Of a stretch of 64,000 nt of DNA, positions 28,007 through 38,048 are shown in pieces (positions within the stretch are counted from its first letter, which is position 1; each line of letters begins with the position of its first letter). A program made the translations under genes and the position numbers. The stretch is from a virus. Lineage: Duplodnaviria; Heunggongvirae; Uroviricota; Caudoviricetes. The stretch lies in IMG/VR virus record IMGVR_UViG_3300038393_000804, positions 147,598 to 211,597 of that record. One strand, 5' to 3'. The notes under the pieces are model-generated. The model ran no database searches. It saw only the letters and a program-made list of their open reading frames with translations, and had not been told where the DNA came from.

Positions 28007-29935
28007 GTGTTGGTGGAATTATTGAATGGTTTGAATCCAGTACAGAGAGAGATTGTAAAGGATACAGAAGGTTATTTGCTGACGTTAGCAGGCGCAGGTT
28101 CGGGGAAGACACGCGTTCTAACACACCGTATCGCTTATCTATTAGGCCCATGTCAGGTGAAGCCTTGGCAAATACTTGCGGTGACTTTTACAAACAAAGC
28201 ATCGAAAGAAATGAAGGCTCGTATCGTGGACTTAGTGGGGCCTGCTGGACGCGATGTTTGGATGGGAACCTTCCATAGTATTTGTATCCGTATCTTATCT
28301 CGATTCGGTAGCGAGATTGGTCTTGAGAAATTCACTATTATTGATGACCCTGACCAAACAAAAATCTTCAAAGAAGTCTTGGCTCTGATTGGTAGCGATA
28401 AAGAACCAGCATCCATGAAGACAGAGATTAGTAATGCGAAGAATGCTCTGTTAAGTCCTGAAGATTATTTGGCTCAAGCGACTAGCGAGTATGAGAAGGA
28501 AGTAGCTCATGTCTATGCTGCTTACGAAGAGAAGAAGGTAGAGAATAATTATATTGATTACGATGACTGTATCTTGAAAGTAGTTCAACTGTTCAATGTA
28601 TGTGAACGAGCACGCGACCATTATCAGCAGCAGTTTAGATATGTAATGACAGATGAAACACAGGATACAAACAAGGCTCAATTTAAATTATTACAACAGC
28701 TATCTGCTGGTCATCAAAACTTATTCGCGGTTGGTGATACAGACCAATCTATCTATAGATTCCGTGGAGCAGAGATTGCAAACATCTTAAACTTTGCTCA
28801 GTACTTCCCAGGTACAAAGGTGTATAAGCTGGAGCAGAACTATCGTTCAACACGCAACATCGTTGATGCTTCGAATGCTGTTATTGAAAAGAATACACAG
28901 CGGCTGGAGAAGACAGCTTTCTCTGAAGCAGAGATTGGTGAGCCTATTTATATGTATCAGGCGGACGACGACGGACGTGAAGCAGACTTTGTTTGCCAAG
29001 CCATCAGACGTTTACAGTTTGTAAATAAAGATGACTGGGACCAGTACGCTGTTCTCTATCGTACCAATCGCCAGTCCCGTGAAATAGAAAAAGCATTCTC
29101 CCAGTATGGAGTCCCGTATCAACTGGTAGGAGGACATGCCTTCTATGATAGAAAAGAGATTAAAGACTTAGTCGCTTACTTGCGGGCTATTGATAATGGG
29201 GTAGACGTACTAGCCTTTAACCGTATCATTAATGTACCCAAGCGTGGCATTGGTGATTCAACCATTGGAAAGATTCAGGATTATGCAAATGCATGTGGCA
29301 TTCCATTCCCGAAAGCACTAGAGAATGTGGATGACATTCCAAAGATTCCAAAGAAAGCATTGGCTTCCATAAAAGAATTCTTAGCCATGATGAAGAAGTT
29401 CGATGAGTTCCAAGGCTCGGATGAATTCTCCGTACCTGAATTGATTCGATTGGTGATTAGAGAAACCAATTACATGAGTACATTGAATCTGGATAAGGAA
29501 GAAGATGTATCTCGTTATGAGAACATTCAAGAGCTTATCAACATGGCTGGTAAGTGGATGGAGGAATCCGAAAGTGAAACAAAATCACTGGCAGAATTCC
29601 TGACTGAAACAACTCTAGTAGCTGATATTGATTCAATGGAAGACATGAGTGCTGTTACATTAATGACAGTGCATGCCGCTAAAGGATTGGAGTTCAAGAA
29701 CGTATTCATCATTGGATGTGAAGAGACTATCTTCCCACATGGTCGTTCAATGGATGACCCAATGGAGATGGAAGAAGAGCGCCGTCTGATGTATGTAGCA
29801 ATGACACGAGCAGAGAAAAGATTGTTTATGACTTACTGCAAACAACGTTATGAGTATGGTCAGCAGCGCCCAATCTTTAATCGTCCATCGAGATTCTTGA
29901 GGGAAGTTCCTCAGCGATTTGTAAAACGAATTTAG
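28007..29935 (+). CDS. pcrA: PcrA/UvrD superfamily 1 DNA helicase
   Basis: AGAGSGKT, TFTNKA, DETQDTN, GDTDQSIYRFRGA, LEQNYRS, TVHAAKGLEF, EERRLMYVAMTRA. Confidence 0.97.
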   Translation: MLVELLNGLNPVQREIVKDTEGYLLTLAGAGSGKTRVLTHRIAYLLGPCQVKPWQILAVTFTNKASKEMKARIVDLVGPAGRDVWMGTFHSICIRILSRFGSEIGLEKFTIIDDPDQTKIFKEVLALIGSDKEPASMKTEISNAKNALLSPEDYLAQATSEYEKEVAHVYAAYEEKKVENNYIDYDDCILKVVQLFNVCERARDHYQQQFRYVMTDETQDTNKAQFKLLQQLSAGHQNLFAVGDTDQSIYRFRGAEIANILNFAQYFPGTKVYKLEQNYRSTRNIVDASNAVIEKNTQRLEKTAFSEAEIGEPIYMYQADDDGREADFVCQAIRRLQFVNKDDWDQYAVLYRTNRQSREIEKAFSQYGVPYQLVGGHAFYDRKEIKDLVAYLRAIDNGVDVLAFNRIINVPKRGIGDSTIGKIQDYANACGIPFPKALENVDDIPKIPKKALASIKEFLAMMKKFDEFQGSDEFSVPELIRLVIRETNYMSTLNLDKEEDVSRYENIQELINMAGKWMEESESETKSLAEFLTETTLVADIDSMEDMSAVTLMTVHAAKGLEFKNVFIIGCEETIFPHGRSMDDPMEMEEERRLMYVAMTRAEKRLFMTYCKQRYEYGQQRPIFNRPSRFLREVPQRFVKRI

Positions 29936-29959
29936 ATTTTGTAGAATATAGGTAAGTCG

Positions 29960-29986
29960 GGGAGGGGCTATGGCTCCTCTTTTTTA
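29960..29986 (+). terminator. Probable terminator
   Basis: GGAGGGGC...GCTCC + T tract. Confidence 0.5.
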
Positions 29987-30009
29987 TCTATTAAAGGAGT
30001 GGAAAACAA

Positions 30010-30960
30010 ATGACAGAAACAAAAGAGTTAGGAAAATATGAAATTATTCCTTCAGAGAAACAACTGAAAGCAATCGCAGACTACATGGTAAAGTACAAGG
30101 ACAACACAAACGAGGTTCGCTTTACGATTCGGCAGCTGCTTGAAGACCCAATTGTAGCTCCTCACTTCGGAAGTATTTCGTATCTGAATGGAGTGGTTAC
30201 ATATCTATCAAATGAAGGATGGTTAGACAGAACATTCTTAGGAAGACAAGGAACGCCGTCGCATTGGAATGTATATAAATTATTGAGCAACCTTGGGAAT
30301 GTTACAACGAGAGAGAAAGCTGGAAGAACAAGACCAAAACGGGAGGAATATGAGATGAAAGCCGCGGTTCAACCTGAAGTAGAAATTGTTCGTAAGTTAA
30401 CTCAAGAGGATAATGCAGAGACTGTTATCCTAGTAGGGAATAACAATCAAGTATTATCTGAGCTGAAAGGTGCGATGAATGATATCATTGGATACCTTCA
30501 AACCTTCCCTGCTGAGATAACTGGTCATTTGAATTCAATTGCAAATAAGATTGAAGTAACTGATGAGAATCTGATTGATAATCTTCGTGCTCAAATTGAG
30601 ACATTGCAGAATGAGAAAGCTGCATTGGTAACGAAGCAAGAGGATATTATGAAGGAAGTCGATGGATTCATGGAGGAAATCGACGAGCTAACCAGAGCAC
30701 AAAAAGACTGGCAGAAAAAAGAAATGGACCTCTCAGCAGAAGTCCAGCGCTTAAATACCCAGTTGGAAGAGGTTGGTCGCAATCTTAATTATAACAAACA
30801 CCACATCTACCGTCAACGAAATTTTATCTTGGATGAGGTAGACAGAATGATTAACGCACCGACTTGGACATTCAAGCAAAACAGTGTGAATCACCGTCAA
30901 ACAATCGAGTCGAAACTTGACGAAATCATGAATGAAATTGGAATTGACGGCAACGAGTAA
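30010..30960 (+). CDS. Hypothetical protein, possible N-terminal winged helix and long coiled coil
   Basis: Heptad-rich C-terminal half. Confidence 0.65.
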   Translation: MTETKELGKYEIIPSEKQLKAIADYMVKYKDNTNEVRFTIRQLLEDPIVAPHFGSISYLNGVVTYLSNEGWLDRTFLGRQGTPSHWNVYKLLSNLGNVTTREKAGRTRPKREEYEMKAAVQPEVEIVRKLTQEDNAETVILVGNNNQVLSELKGAMNDIIGYLQTFPAEITGHLNSIANKIEVTDENLIDNLRAQIETLQNEKAALVTKQEDIMKEVDGFMEEIDELTRAQKDWQKKEMDLSAEVQRLNTQLEEVGRNLNYNKHHIYRQRNFILDEVDRMINAPTWTFKQNSVNHRQTIESKLDEIMNEIGIDGNE

Positions 30961-31016
30961 GTGAGATATCCTATTAAAGGGAATCAAATATAAATTAATC
31001 AGGGAGAGTTGAGAAC

Positions 31017-31529
31017 ATGACTAAAGGTTTAGATTTAGTAGTAGCAGAAGTAGCAAAGTTCCACACAGCATTTAATCATCCAGTGGCGAAGGAAGCAAAG
31101 CCATTAGAGATTGGACGCGGCACAAACCGTGCTGTCTGGACAGGGGAAGAAGCGTTGGTTGAATTCCTTCAACAGTCTGCTGACAATGAGGAACAATTCC
31201 TAGCTGCTTACGACAAGATGATTGCTGGTCTTGAGAAAGCGAAAGTAAAATCATTAGGCATGGAGTACAATAAGACTGATATCGAAAAGATTATCGGTCA
31301 GATGGATGCTGTAGTAGATGCATTCTACTTCCTTGCAGGTACTTGCGTAGAGATTGGTATTCAACCACAAGCTCTATTCGAAATCGTGCAAGCTGCAAAC
31401 ATGGCGAAGCTTGGTGCTGATGGTAAGCCAATCATCCGTGAATCAGACGGAAAGATTATGAAGCCAGAGGGTTGGGAGCCGCCAGAAGCAAAACTAGAAG
31501 TCGAAATCAAACGTCAAATCAATGGTTAA
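31017..31529 (+). CDS. MazG-like all-alpha NTP pyrophosphohydrolase (PRA-PH/dUTPase-like)
   Basis: VAKFHTAF, GEEALVEF, DAVVDAFY, ANMAKL, DGKIMKPEGW. Confidence 0.82.
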   Translation: MTKGLDLVVAEVAKFHTAFNHPVAKEAKPLEIGRGTNRAVWTGEEALVEFLQQSADNEEQFLAAYDKMIAGLEKAKVKSLGMEYNKTDIEKIIGQMDAVVDAFYFLAGTCVEIGIQPQALFEIVQAANMAKLGADGKPIIRESDGKIMKPEGWEPPEAKLEVEIKRQING

Positions 31530-31737
31530 TCTGGAGAAGGAAAAGCGAAAGGGGTTCTGGCAGGATGCTTTCGAGCTGATGCTAGACCTTTTTTGTTTAC
31601 CATTTAAATTAATCGTATTGTTCTTTAAAGGTATTTGGTGGTTGATTAAGGGACTGGGACACGCAACAGTCTTCGTAGTTGAAGTGCTCTTTGAATTCTT
31701 AGGAGCAATATTAGAAGCCATCTTTAGTGGATGGTGA
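31522..31737 (+). CDS. Small membrane protein
   Basis: Hydrophobic Phe/Leu-rich helices. Confidence 0.6.
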   Translation: MVNLEKEKRKGFWQDAFELMLDLFCLPFKLIVLFFKGIWWLIKGLGHATVFVVEVLFEFLGAILEAIFSGW

Positions 31738-31740
31738 ATC

Positions 31741-31768
31741 AAGCCTTGCCTTCGGGTGAGGCTTTTTT
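31741..31768 (+). terminator. Intrinsic terminator
   Basis: AAGCCTTGCC-TTCG-GGTGAGGCTT + T tract. Confidence 0.75.
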
Positions 31769-31791
31769 ATTATGAAATGGAGGGTTTAGGT

Positions 31792-32130
31792 ATGGAGTTC
31801 ACAACTGTTTATCGGTATCCTGATGGTATCAATGCCAATAACTTTGGGGCTATTTCTAAAATGCTGCTGAAGGGTACGTCTGTAGAGTTTAATTGTGGGG
31901 CTAGTCAGTATGGCTCACGAGGTAGTGCAGAGAACAATGTGCAATTTCAGAAGCATGTGCAACTATGGGTAGGCTATATCCAAAGCCGCATGAAAGAAGA
32001 CCATGGGTTTACTGATAAGTTGGAATACGATTATTGCTCTAAAGATGATTGGACAAAGGTGCGTGTTCATTCACCTATGGATTTTAAAAGCAACATTAAA
32101 GCAAAACGATTATTAAGTAAAGAATATTAG
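31792..32130 (+). CDS. Hypothetical protein with shared C-terminal tag (copy 9)
   Basis: SD GGAGGG; ends SNIKAKRLLSKEY. Confidence 0.8.
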   Translation: MEFTTVYRYPDGINANNFGAISKMLLKGTSVEFNCGASQYGSRGSAENNVQFQKHVQLWVGYIQSRMKEDHGFTDKLEYDYCSKDDWTKVRVHSPMDFKSNIKAKRLLSKEY

Positions 32131-32141
32131 GAGGGATTATT

Positions 32142-32420
32142 ATGGCAGTAGTAAACATGTTAGACATTTCAACAGGACACATTACAGAGAGTACAAATGA
32201 TTGGCTAATGACAGCTGGTACAACAGTAGGATTCCTTGTTTATCCTAGAGAATATGGCTGGTTGATTCCTGTATTAGACTATCAAGAGGAAGTTCATATT
32301 ACAAATATCCCGCGCGACCTTATTGCCGTTCTTTATTATGCAAAGGGATTGGGATGTGAATGGATTAATCTAGACAAGGATGCTGACTTTGAAAAGGAGT
32401 TGCCGACGTATGAATGGTAA
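32142..32420 (+). CDS. Hypothetical protein
   Basis: SD AGGAGGG; MLDISTGHIT...GCEWINLDKDA...LPTYEW. Confidence 0.7.
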   Translation: MAVVNMLDISTGHITESTNDWLMTAGTTVGFLVYPREYGWLIPVLDYQEEVHITNIPRDLIAVLYYAKGLGCEWINLDKDADFEKELPTYEW

Positions 32421-32685
32421 TAAAGTAGAGTGTCCATTGTGCGGCGCTGATATGCCATTAACAGAGTTGGAATCTGCTCCCAATGGGAGAGAAAACAAAT
32501 CATATATATGGATATGTAATGAGTGCCCTGGCATCCTATTAGAGTGGGTGGACTACAAAGATACGGATGCATTTAACAAGTACATTAACTTTCACGAAGG
32601 AGTGATTAAGTGTCATGGAGAACACGGGTATGTCGGAGAAACAACTAACAATAAAAATATTAAGCGACTTGACTCAGACTATTGA
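32410..32685 (+). CDS. Zinc-ribbon protein with tag variant (copy 10)
   Basis: CPLC...CNEC; ends NNKNIKRLDSDY. Confidence 0.7.
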   Translation: MNGNKVECPLCGADMPLTELESAPNGRENKSYIWICNECPGILLEWVDYKDTDAFNKYINFHEGVIKCHGEHGYVGETTNNKNIKRLDSDY

Positions 32686-33460
32686 CCAGCTGCAATATCA
32701 CATTAGTATGCAAGACTCATTCTTGCGTGAACATTTCCGTCAGTATGCAAGTTATGGGCCTAGCACCCATGGGTTATTGCAGACTATTAAGACGGACATT
32801 TTAAATTTGCAGAAGATAACGTTATCTAATAAAGATAATGCGCATCTATTATCTCCAGTGCAGGAGGAGCCAAGACCACAGCAGCAACGGGCTATTAGAT
32901 ATCAGCCTGACCAATGGGGATATGCTGAGTTCTAGGAGGAATTAAAATGGATATGAATTGCCCTGAATGCTTTCGGTATTCAGTGGGTGGATGGCTATGT
33001 AGAAGATGTATTAATGAAAAGATGGATGCCATGAAATCTGAATATAGAGAATGGCTAGAAGAAATAGAGGTGCTTCCAGATGAAGAGAATCGTTACGGTT
33101 GAAAACTTATACCAACAGGCAATGAAGAACTCAAGGAGAGCGTCGGGTATTGGGTCCGCCCGTACCATGCGACGTGGTCACGCCGTTTATGAAGTTATCA
33201 TAGACAGGAATGCACGCATTGCTTATCTCAAACACTATGGAACAGTGACCATCAAGTACCACTTGCAAGACAGAGAGTTGCTGGAATGGTACGGTGAAGG
33301 GGTGAGCGACAGAGATTCTATGAATACATTTGTGAGTTGCCTTCAAGAAGACAGATATTATTTCCGTTATGGAAGTAAGATGGGATTCCAGATGGAACAC
33401 GAAGGGAGATTGATTCCAATTGAAGAGGCGAATCAAAGCATATGGGTGGGACTGTCCTGA
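32615..33460 (+). CDS. Hypothetical ORFs (32615-32935, a short CPEC ORF near 32947-33100, 33080-33460)
   Basis: Contiguous SD-led ORFs. Confidence 0.55.
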
Positions 33461-33719
33461 TTGTGGTGAAGCTCATACTCCAGACGACTGGAATGAAATG
33501 ACGCTGAGATACATCCAACAGGAAATCGACACCACTTACACGATGGAACGGATGACCAAGATTGAAGATTCAAAGATGGATGGTGAAGTGTTCTTCATTT
33601 GTCCATCTTGCAGCAGCTTTAATTACAACTACAATCACTACTTTAATAAAGTTTATGTGGAGGTAGAAGTAGAAAGCAACAAGGAAGCTGCCAAATATAT
33701 ATTAGAGGAGAGTTGGTAA
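33420..33719 (+). CDS. Zinc-finger protein with tag variant (copy 11)
   Basis: CPDC..HT...WNE...CPSC; ends SNKEAAKYILEESW; paralogue of 49745-49948. Confidence 0.75.
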   Translation: MKRRIKAYGWDCPDCGEAHTPDDWNEMTLRYIQQEIDTTYTMERMTKIEDSKMDGEVFFICPSCSSFNYNYNHYFNKVYVEVEVESNKEAAKYILEESW

Positions 33720-33720
33720 C

Positions 33721-34017
33721 ATGGCTTACATGGTATTTGCTTTTGATAATTATTATCCGAAAGGAGGAATGAATGACCTGAAAGCTAGCTTTACTGACTT
33801 GAATGACCTTGCAACAAAGAAGCCGATTCCTTCAGACTACCTAATCTATCAAATCCTTAATACGGAGAGCGGGAGACTCAGAGAGACCAGTACTCGTGAC
33901 TTGTTTGACGATTTAGGTTGGGATGAAGAAGTAAAAGCTAGAGCAACATACATCGAGAATTTTATTAAGACTTTCATAGAAGGAGACAAACATCATGGCG
34001 AAGCAACTACCAGATGA
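33721..34017 (+). CDS. Hypothetical protein
   Basis: YMVFAFDNYYPKGGMNDL; coupled to primase. Confidence 0.65.
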   Translation: MAYMVFAFDNYYPKGGMNDLKASFTDLNDLATKKPIPSDYLIYQILNTESGRLRETSTRDLFDDLGWDEEVKARATYIENFIKTFIEGDKHHGEATTR

Positions 34018-35212
34018 CTTCTTGAAGCAAGTCCGTGACATCCCGATTGAGGAGATAGCGGAGAACTATTTTGACCTCAACAACATGGGGAATATCTATC
34101 AAACCAATTGCATTCACAAGGGAGATAACAGCCCGTCCTTGACGTTCTTTACCCAGACCAATACCTTCTATTGCTTTGGATGTGGAGCAGGCAAGAGACC
34201 GAAGACAGAGGGCGCAGACGTTATCTCCTTTGTCATGTGGGTAGATAATTGTAGCTTCATGGAAGCAGTGACAAAGATATGTGCCTTAAAGGGAATCTCA
34301 ATCCCGAAGGCGCAGTTGTCACCAGAGGAAAAGAAAAAGCAGGAACAGATTCAACTGATGACAGATATGAATAGACGCATGTGGGAAGACCTTCAGAAGG
34401 AACCACGGGCGCTGAAGTATCTGAAAGCAAGAGGCATAGGTAAAGCAGAGATAGACCAGTGGCGCATTGGTTATATCCCAGAAGAAGCCAGACACTTTCA
34501 TAAAGGAAAGCTAACCTTCGCTCTCATGAATGAGGGTGGACAGACGGTTGGATTCTCTCATAGGGATATGACAAAAGAATTTCATAAGAAAGAATTAACG
34601 GGGCCTAAGTATGTGAACTCTGCAAAGAGTGCCATCTTTGATAAAGGCTCCATTCTTTATGGTCTGAACTTTGTAAAGAAACGTATAAGAGAAAAAGGAT
34701 ATGCGGTAGTTGGCGAAGGCTTTGGAGATACTATCATGGGACAGAAAGCAGGTGTTCCATTTGTCAGTATGATGGGTACAAGCTTAACAGATAATCACAT
34801 CAGATTACTCAAGCGCCATACAGATGTAGTGATTCTTTGGATGGACGGCGACCCAGCAGGGATAGAAGCTACCAGCCGCCATGCGAAAGCTCTACAGAAA
34901 GAAGGCTTGCTGGTTAAGATATTGAATGTCCGTGACAAAGACCCTGATGATGTCTTCATGGAAATGCTGAAAGAAAAGCGTGATGCTTGTGAATGGATTG
35001 AAGAGAACGCGGTGCTTGCATCCCAATTTGAAATCCAAAAGATTATGCTTACTCATATTAGCAAGATGAATGAGCTTGTCTTAAGTACTATTAAGGTAGT
35101 GAAGCCAGTCATCATGGAAATTCCAGAGGGTGACGAACGAGATGTGTTCGTTGCTCAGGTAGCACACCAGCTGCATATCCCAATCGAAACTTTGATAGGA
35201 GAAAAGAAATGA
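33995..35212 (+). CDS. dnaG: DNA primase (DnaG type)
   Basis: Zn finger CIH..DNSPSL...FYCFGCG; KYVNS...IFDKGSILYG; TOPRIM EGFGD, MDGDPAG, KDPDD. Confidence 0.95.
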   Translation: MAKQLPDDFLKQVRDIPIEEIAENYFDLNNMGNIYQTNCIHKGDNSPSLTFFTQTNTFYCFGCGAGKRPKTEGADVISFVMWVDNCSFMEAVTKICALKGISIPKAQLSPEEKKKQEQIQLMTDMNRRMWEDLQKEPRALKYLKARGIGKAEIDQWRIGYIPEEARHFHKGKLTFALMNEGGQTVGFSHRDMTKEFHKKELTGPKYVNSAKSAIFDKGSILYGLNFVKKRIREKGYAVVGEGFGDTIMGQKAGVPFVSMMGTSLTDNHIRLLKRHTDVVILWMDGDPAGIEATSRHAKALQKEGLLVKILNVRDKDPDDVFMEMLKEKRDACEWIEENAVLASQFEIQKIMLTHISKMNELVLSTIKVVKPVIMEIPEGDERDVFVAQVAHQLHIPIETLIGEKK

Positions 35213-35702
35213 TTTGGGTTATCGTAATTCAGTTTATTATTATCTTGATTATGGGATGGATGATTTGGGACTCACAGAAAGCAATAAGAAACCTGCTTGA
35301 TATGTGGGCGGAAGAACAGAACAAGAAGTGGGTGCAAATGATGAAAGAGTCAGGAGCAGAGATAATTTATTTAGGAGGCGAAAAGAAATGAGCCTAGATA
35401 TATGGCTAACAGCAGTAGTAGAACATGAAGTAGTAAGTAGAAACATTACACACAATCTAGGCAAGATGTGGGTAGAGGCAGGTATCTATGATGCGCTCTA
35501 CAGGTCAGAAGGAAAGAGGGCAATGGATGTCCTTCCTGAGCTAGAGAATGGCCTTGTTCTTATGGTAAATGAGCCAGAAAGATTTAAAAAGTTCAGCGCA
35601 TCCAATGGATGGGGAACATACGAGCAAGCGGTGCCGTGGCTGGCAGACCTGATTGAGAAGTTTAAGGAATACCCTGAGGGTAAGATAGGAATATCTAGAT
35701 GA
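35209..35702 (+). CDS. Two small ORFs (35209-35391 TM, 35388-35702)
   Basis: ATGA couplings; SLDIWL...NITHNLGKMW. Confidence 0.65.
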
Positions 35703-35959
35703 GTATCTTTCCTAAAGCATCAATCAACAGACCTTTGGAGGTGGGGCAGCACATCGTTATTGATGTGTCCCAGGTTCCAGAGTTTAAAAGATTTTATTAT
35801 CCTGGCGTGACAGATGTAGATTTTACATTGATTCAGATACTTAACTATGAGAGCGGAACATTCTATGTTGTCTCAGATGATGTTCATGTATTCTCTATCG
35901 AGATTGAAATGCCTGACACGAATGCAGAAGCAATAGGCTTCTTGGATAATGAATATTAG
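35699..35959 (+). CDS. Beta-rich small protein with shared C-terminal tag (copy 12)
   Basis: LEVGQHIVID; ends TNAEAIGFLDNEY. Confidence 0.75.
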   Translation: MSIFPKASINRPLEVGQHIVIDVSQVPEFKRFYYPGVTDVDFTLIQILNYESGTFYVVSDDVHVFSIEIEMPDTNAEAIGFLDNEY

Positions 35960-35970
35960 GAGGTAATACT

Positions 35971-36657
35971 GTGAATGAATTAGAAGTCGTCAGAAGGTTA
36001 AAGGATAGGGTATTGGGTAAGGTTACTGGCGAAGCAAGGACTGCAATCGAGGTTGAAATCAATCGTGCAGAAACAGAAGCATCCATGCGGGTAGACTTGC
36101 AGGCTTGCACAGACTGTCCTCTTGCAGAGGGTTGTGCAAATAAAGTTCCTGGCGTCGGCCCAATGAACGCTGACATCATGTTTGTCGGTGAAGCGCCAGC
36201 AGAGGTGGAGACTCATACAGGTATTCCATTCACTGGCCCATCAGGACAATTAATGAACAAAGCATTAGAGGCAGTGGGCATTGACAGAAGCCAGTATTAC
36301 TTTACGAATGTATGTAAGTGTCGTACACCTGACAATAGAAATCCGTTGGTATCAGAAGTAAGAGCCTGCTTTAGACATCTAAAAGCAGAGATTGATTACG
36401 TGAATCCTAAGGTGATTGTTTGTTTAGGCGGCACCGCAGCGAATACATTGATTCATCCTGACTTCAAAGTAACACAAGAACACGGCAGTTGGTTTGAGGT
36501 AGGCGGACGGAGAGCACTTGCTGTCTTCCATCCAGCTTATCTTCTTTACCTAGCAGACGGCAGCGAGAAGCAGAACCGTGCGAAGTGGGATGTGTTCAAT
36601 GGATTAAAGAAAGTAAAAGAGTATAGAGACAATGGATTCAAAGATGTATTAGGCTGA
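35971..36657 (+). CDS. udg: Uracil-DNA glycosylase family 4
   Basis: CTDCPL 4Fe-4S ligands, MFVGEAP, PFTGPSG, TNVCKCRTPDNRNP, FHPAYLL. Confidence 0.93.
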   Translation: MNELEVVRRLKDRVLGKVTGEARTAIEVEINRAETEASMRVDLQACTDCPLAEGCANKVPGVGPMNADIMFVGEAPAEVETHTGIPFTGPSGQLMNKALEAVGIDRSQYYFTNVCKCRTPDNRNPLVSEVRACFRHLKAEIDYVNPKVIVCLGGTAANTLIHPDFKVTQEHGSWFEVGGRRALAVFHPAYLLYLADGSEKQNRAKWDVFNGLKKVKEYRDNGFKDVLG

Positions 36658-36788
36658 AGGGAAGTGTGGGCATCCCTTTCCCAACCTGAGGCCGACAGCA
36701 TTGAATGGGAACCTTAGGGTTCCAATATTACCAACAATAGGTTATACTATTGTATCGCTGTCAACCTATCTATAGAAAGGATGATGAC

Positions 36789-37496
36789 ATGGGCCATAAA
36801 GACAACCCCAGACGTATACGGAATAAGGTTATCGCAGCAGGCATTGGGGCGCTACTGGTAGCTGGCGTAGGGTATGAAGGTTATACCGTACAAAAGCAGG
36901 ATAAACTTATTCACGAGTATCAGCAAAAGCTGAACGAGCAAGGGAGTCTGATAGACCAACAGAAAGATACATTGGTGAATCAGAAAAGGGAACTCAAACA
37001 ACTTAATGACCAAGTGAATAAATTAAGTGAACAGCTCGGTAAACAGAAAGCTGATAATCAAAAAGCAACGGAGAGTTTTGAAACCGAGAGGGAAACTCTT
37101 CAAGCTAAGATTAAAGATTTGGAGAAGGAGCTGGCTTTTAAGAAAGCCAATGAAGGGAAGGCGATTGCCGCTAGTACCCTTCCTTCAACAAAATCACCAC
37201 AGGGACGTAAGGTGACTGTTGAAGCGACAGGATACATAGCTACATGCAGCGAGGGATGTACAGGTATTACAGCTACAGGATATAATCTAGCCGCGAATCC
37301 GCACGCTAAGGTTATTGCGGTAGACCCTAATGTTATTCCCCTAGGTACGAAAGTTTATGTACCAGGCTATGGCTATGCAGTTGCTGCCGATACTGGCGGC
37401 GGCATTAACGGACATGAAATTGATGTCCACTTTCCTAGTACCCATGATGCATTACAATGGGGACGAAGAACAATTGAGATTACAATTGTAAATTAA
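36789..37496 (+). CDS. Membrane-anchored coiled-coil 3D-domain cell-wall protein (YocH/YuiC-like)
   Basis: N-terminal TM, heptad repeats, EATGY..GITATG..IAVDPNVIPLGT..AADTGGGINGHEIDV. Confidence 0.9.
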   Translation: MGHKDNPRRIRNKVIAAGIGALLVAGVGYEGYTVQKQDKLIHEYQQKLNEQGSLIDQQKDTLVNQKRELKQLNDQVNKLSEQLGKQKADNQKATESFETERETLQAKIKDLEKELAFKKANEGKAIAASTLPSTKSPQGRKVTVEATGYIATCSEGCTGITATGYNLAANPHAKVIAVDPNVIPLGTKVYVPGYGYAVAADTGGGINGHEIDVHFPSTHDALQWGRRTIEITIVN

Positions 37497-37505
37497 TATA
37501 GGAAG

Positions 37506-37534
37506 TTGACAGACAGCGATGCATCGGTTATACT
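37506..37534 (+). promoter_or_regulatory. Near-consensus sigmaA promoter
   Basis: TTGACA-17 nt-TATACT. Confidence 0.8.
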
Positions 37535-37540
37535 TCAAGT

Positions 37541-37608
37541 ATACCAACCAACTCCTGATTAATTTATAAAGTTCGGATTTAAAGGCCATCCTTCGGGGTG
37601 GCTTTTTT
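37541..37608 (+). ncRNA. Candidate ~68-nt sRNA with 5' anti-SD seed and intrinsic terminator
   Basis: Starts ~7 nt after -10; CCAACCAACTCCT at 37544-37556; GGCCATCC-TTCG-GGGTGGCT + T6; no ATG. Confidence 0.55.
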
Positions 37609-37743
37609 CATTTTAGGGGGAAAATAAAATGGGAGCCGAGGTACTCAAGCTAAAGATGAAGAGAGAGCAGATGGTTAAGGTTGCTGCTAAGCTCGAAGAG
37701 TTAATTGACAAACTAGCAATACAAATAGAGGAGTTGGAAGAGC

Positions 37744-37986
37744 ATGGACATAGTCAGGGAGGTAACAGTAAAGCAGTTTAACGGATTGATTAGGTCAGGT
37801 ACTCCTATTAAGATTTCGTTTTGGGAAAAACACAGGGGTTGGGATGCTATCTATGCCATTGTCAAAAAGAATGAAGGTGAACTTCTTCGTTATGTTTTTG
37901 TTGCAGGTGGGGAAGTAAAAGAGCGTAGCGTTCATGTAGAAGAACTACCCATGCATAACATGACAATAGAAATAATGAATAAATAA
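37744..37986 (+). CDS. Hypothetical protein
   Basis: SD GAGGAG upstream; 80 aa. Confidence 0.6.
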   Translation: MDIVREVTVKQFNGLIRSGTPIKISFWEKHRGWDAIYAIVKKNEGELLRYVFVAGGEVKERSVHVEELPMHNMTIEIMNK

Positions 37987-38048
37987 AAATAGGAAATTTT
38001 AATTAAACCTGTTGACAGAACACTCAAAAAATGGTTTGTATAGATAGT

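Noticed and set aside
32380-32420. ...EKELPTYEW end of ORF 32142-32420 as another tag copy
   Set aside because: It ends in EW but lacks the N-x-x-A-x-x-L-L helix.
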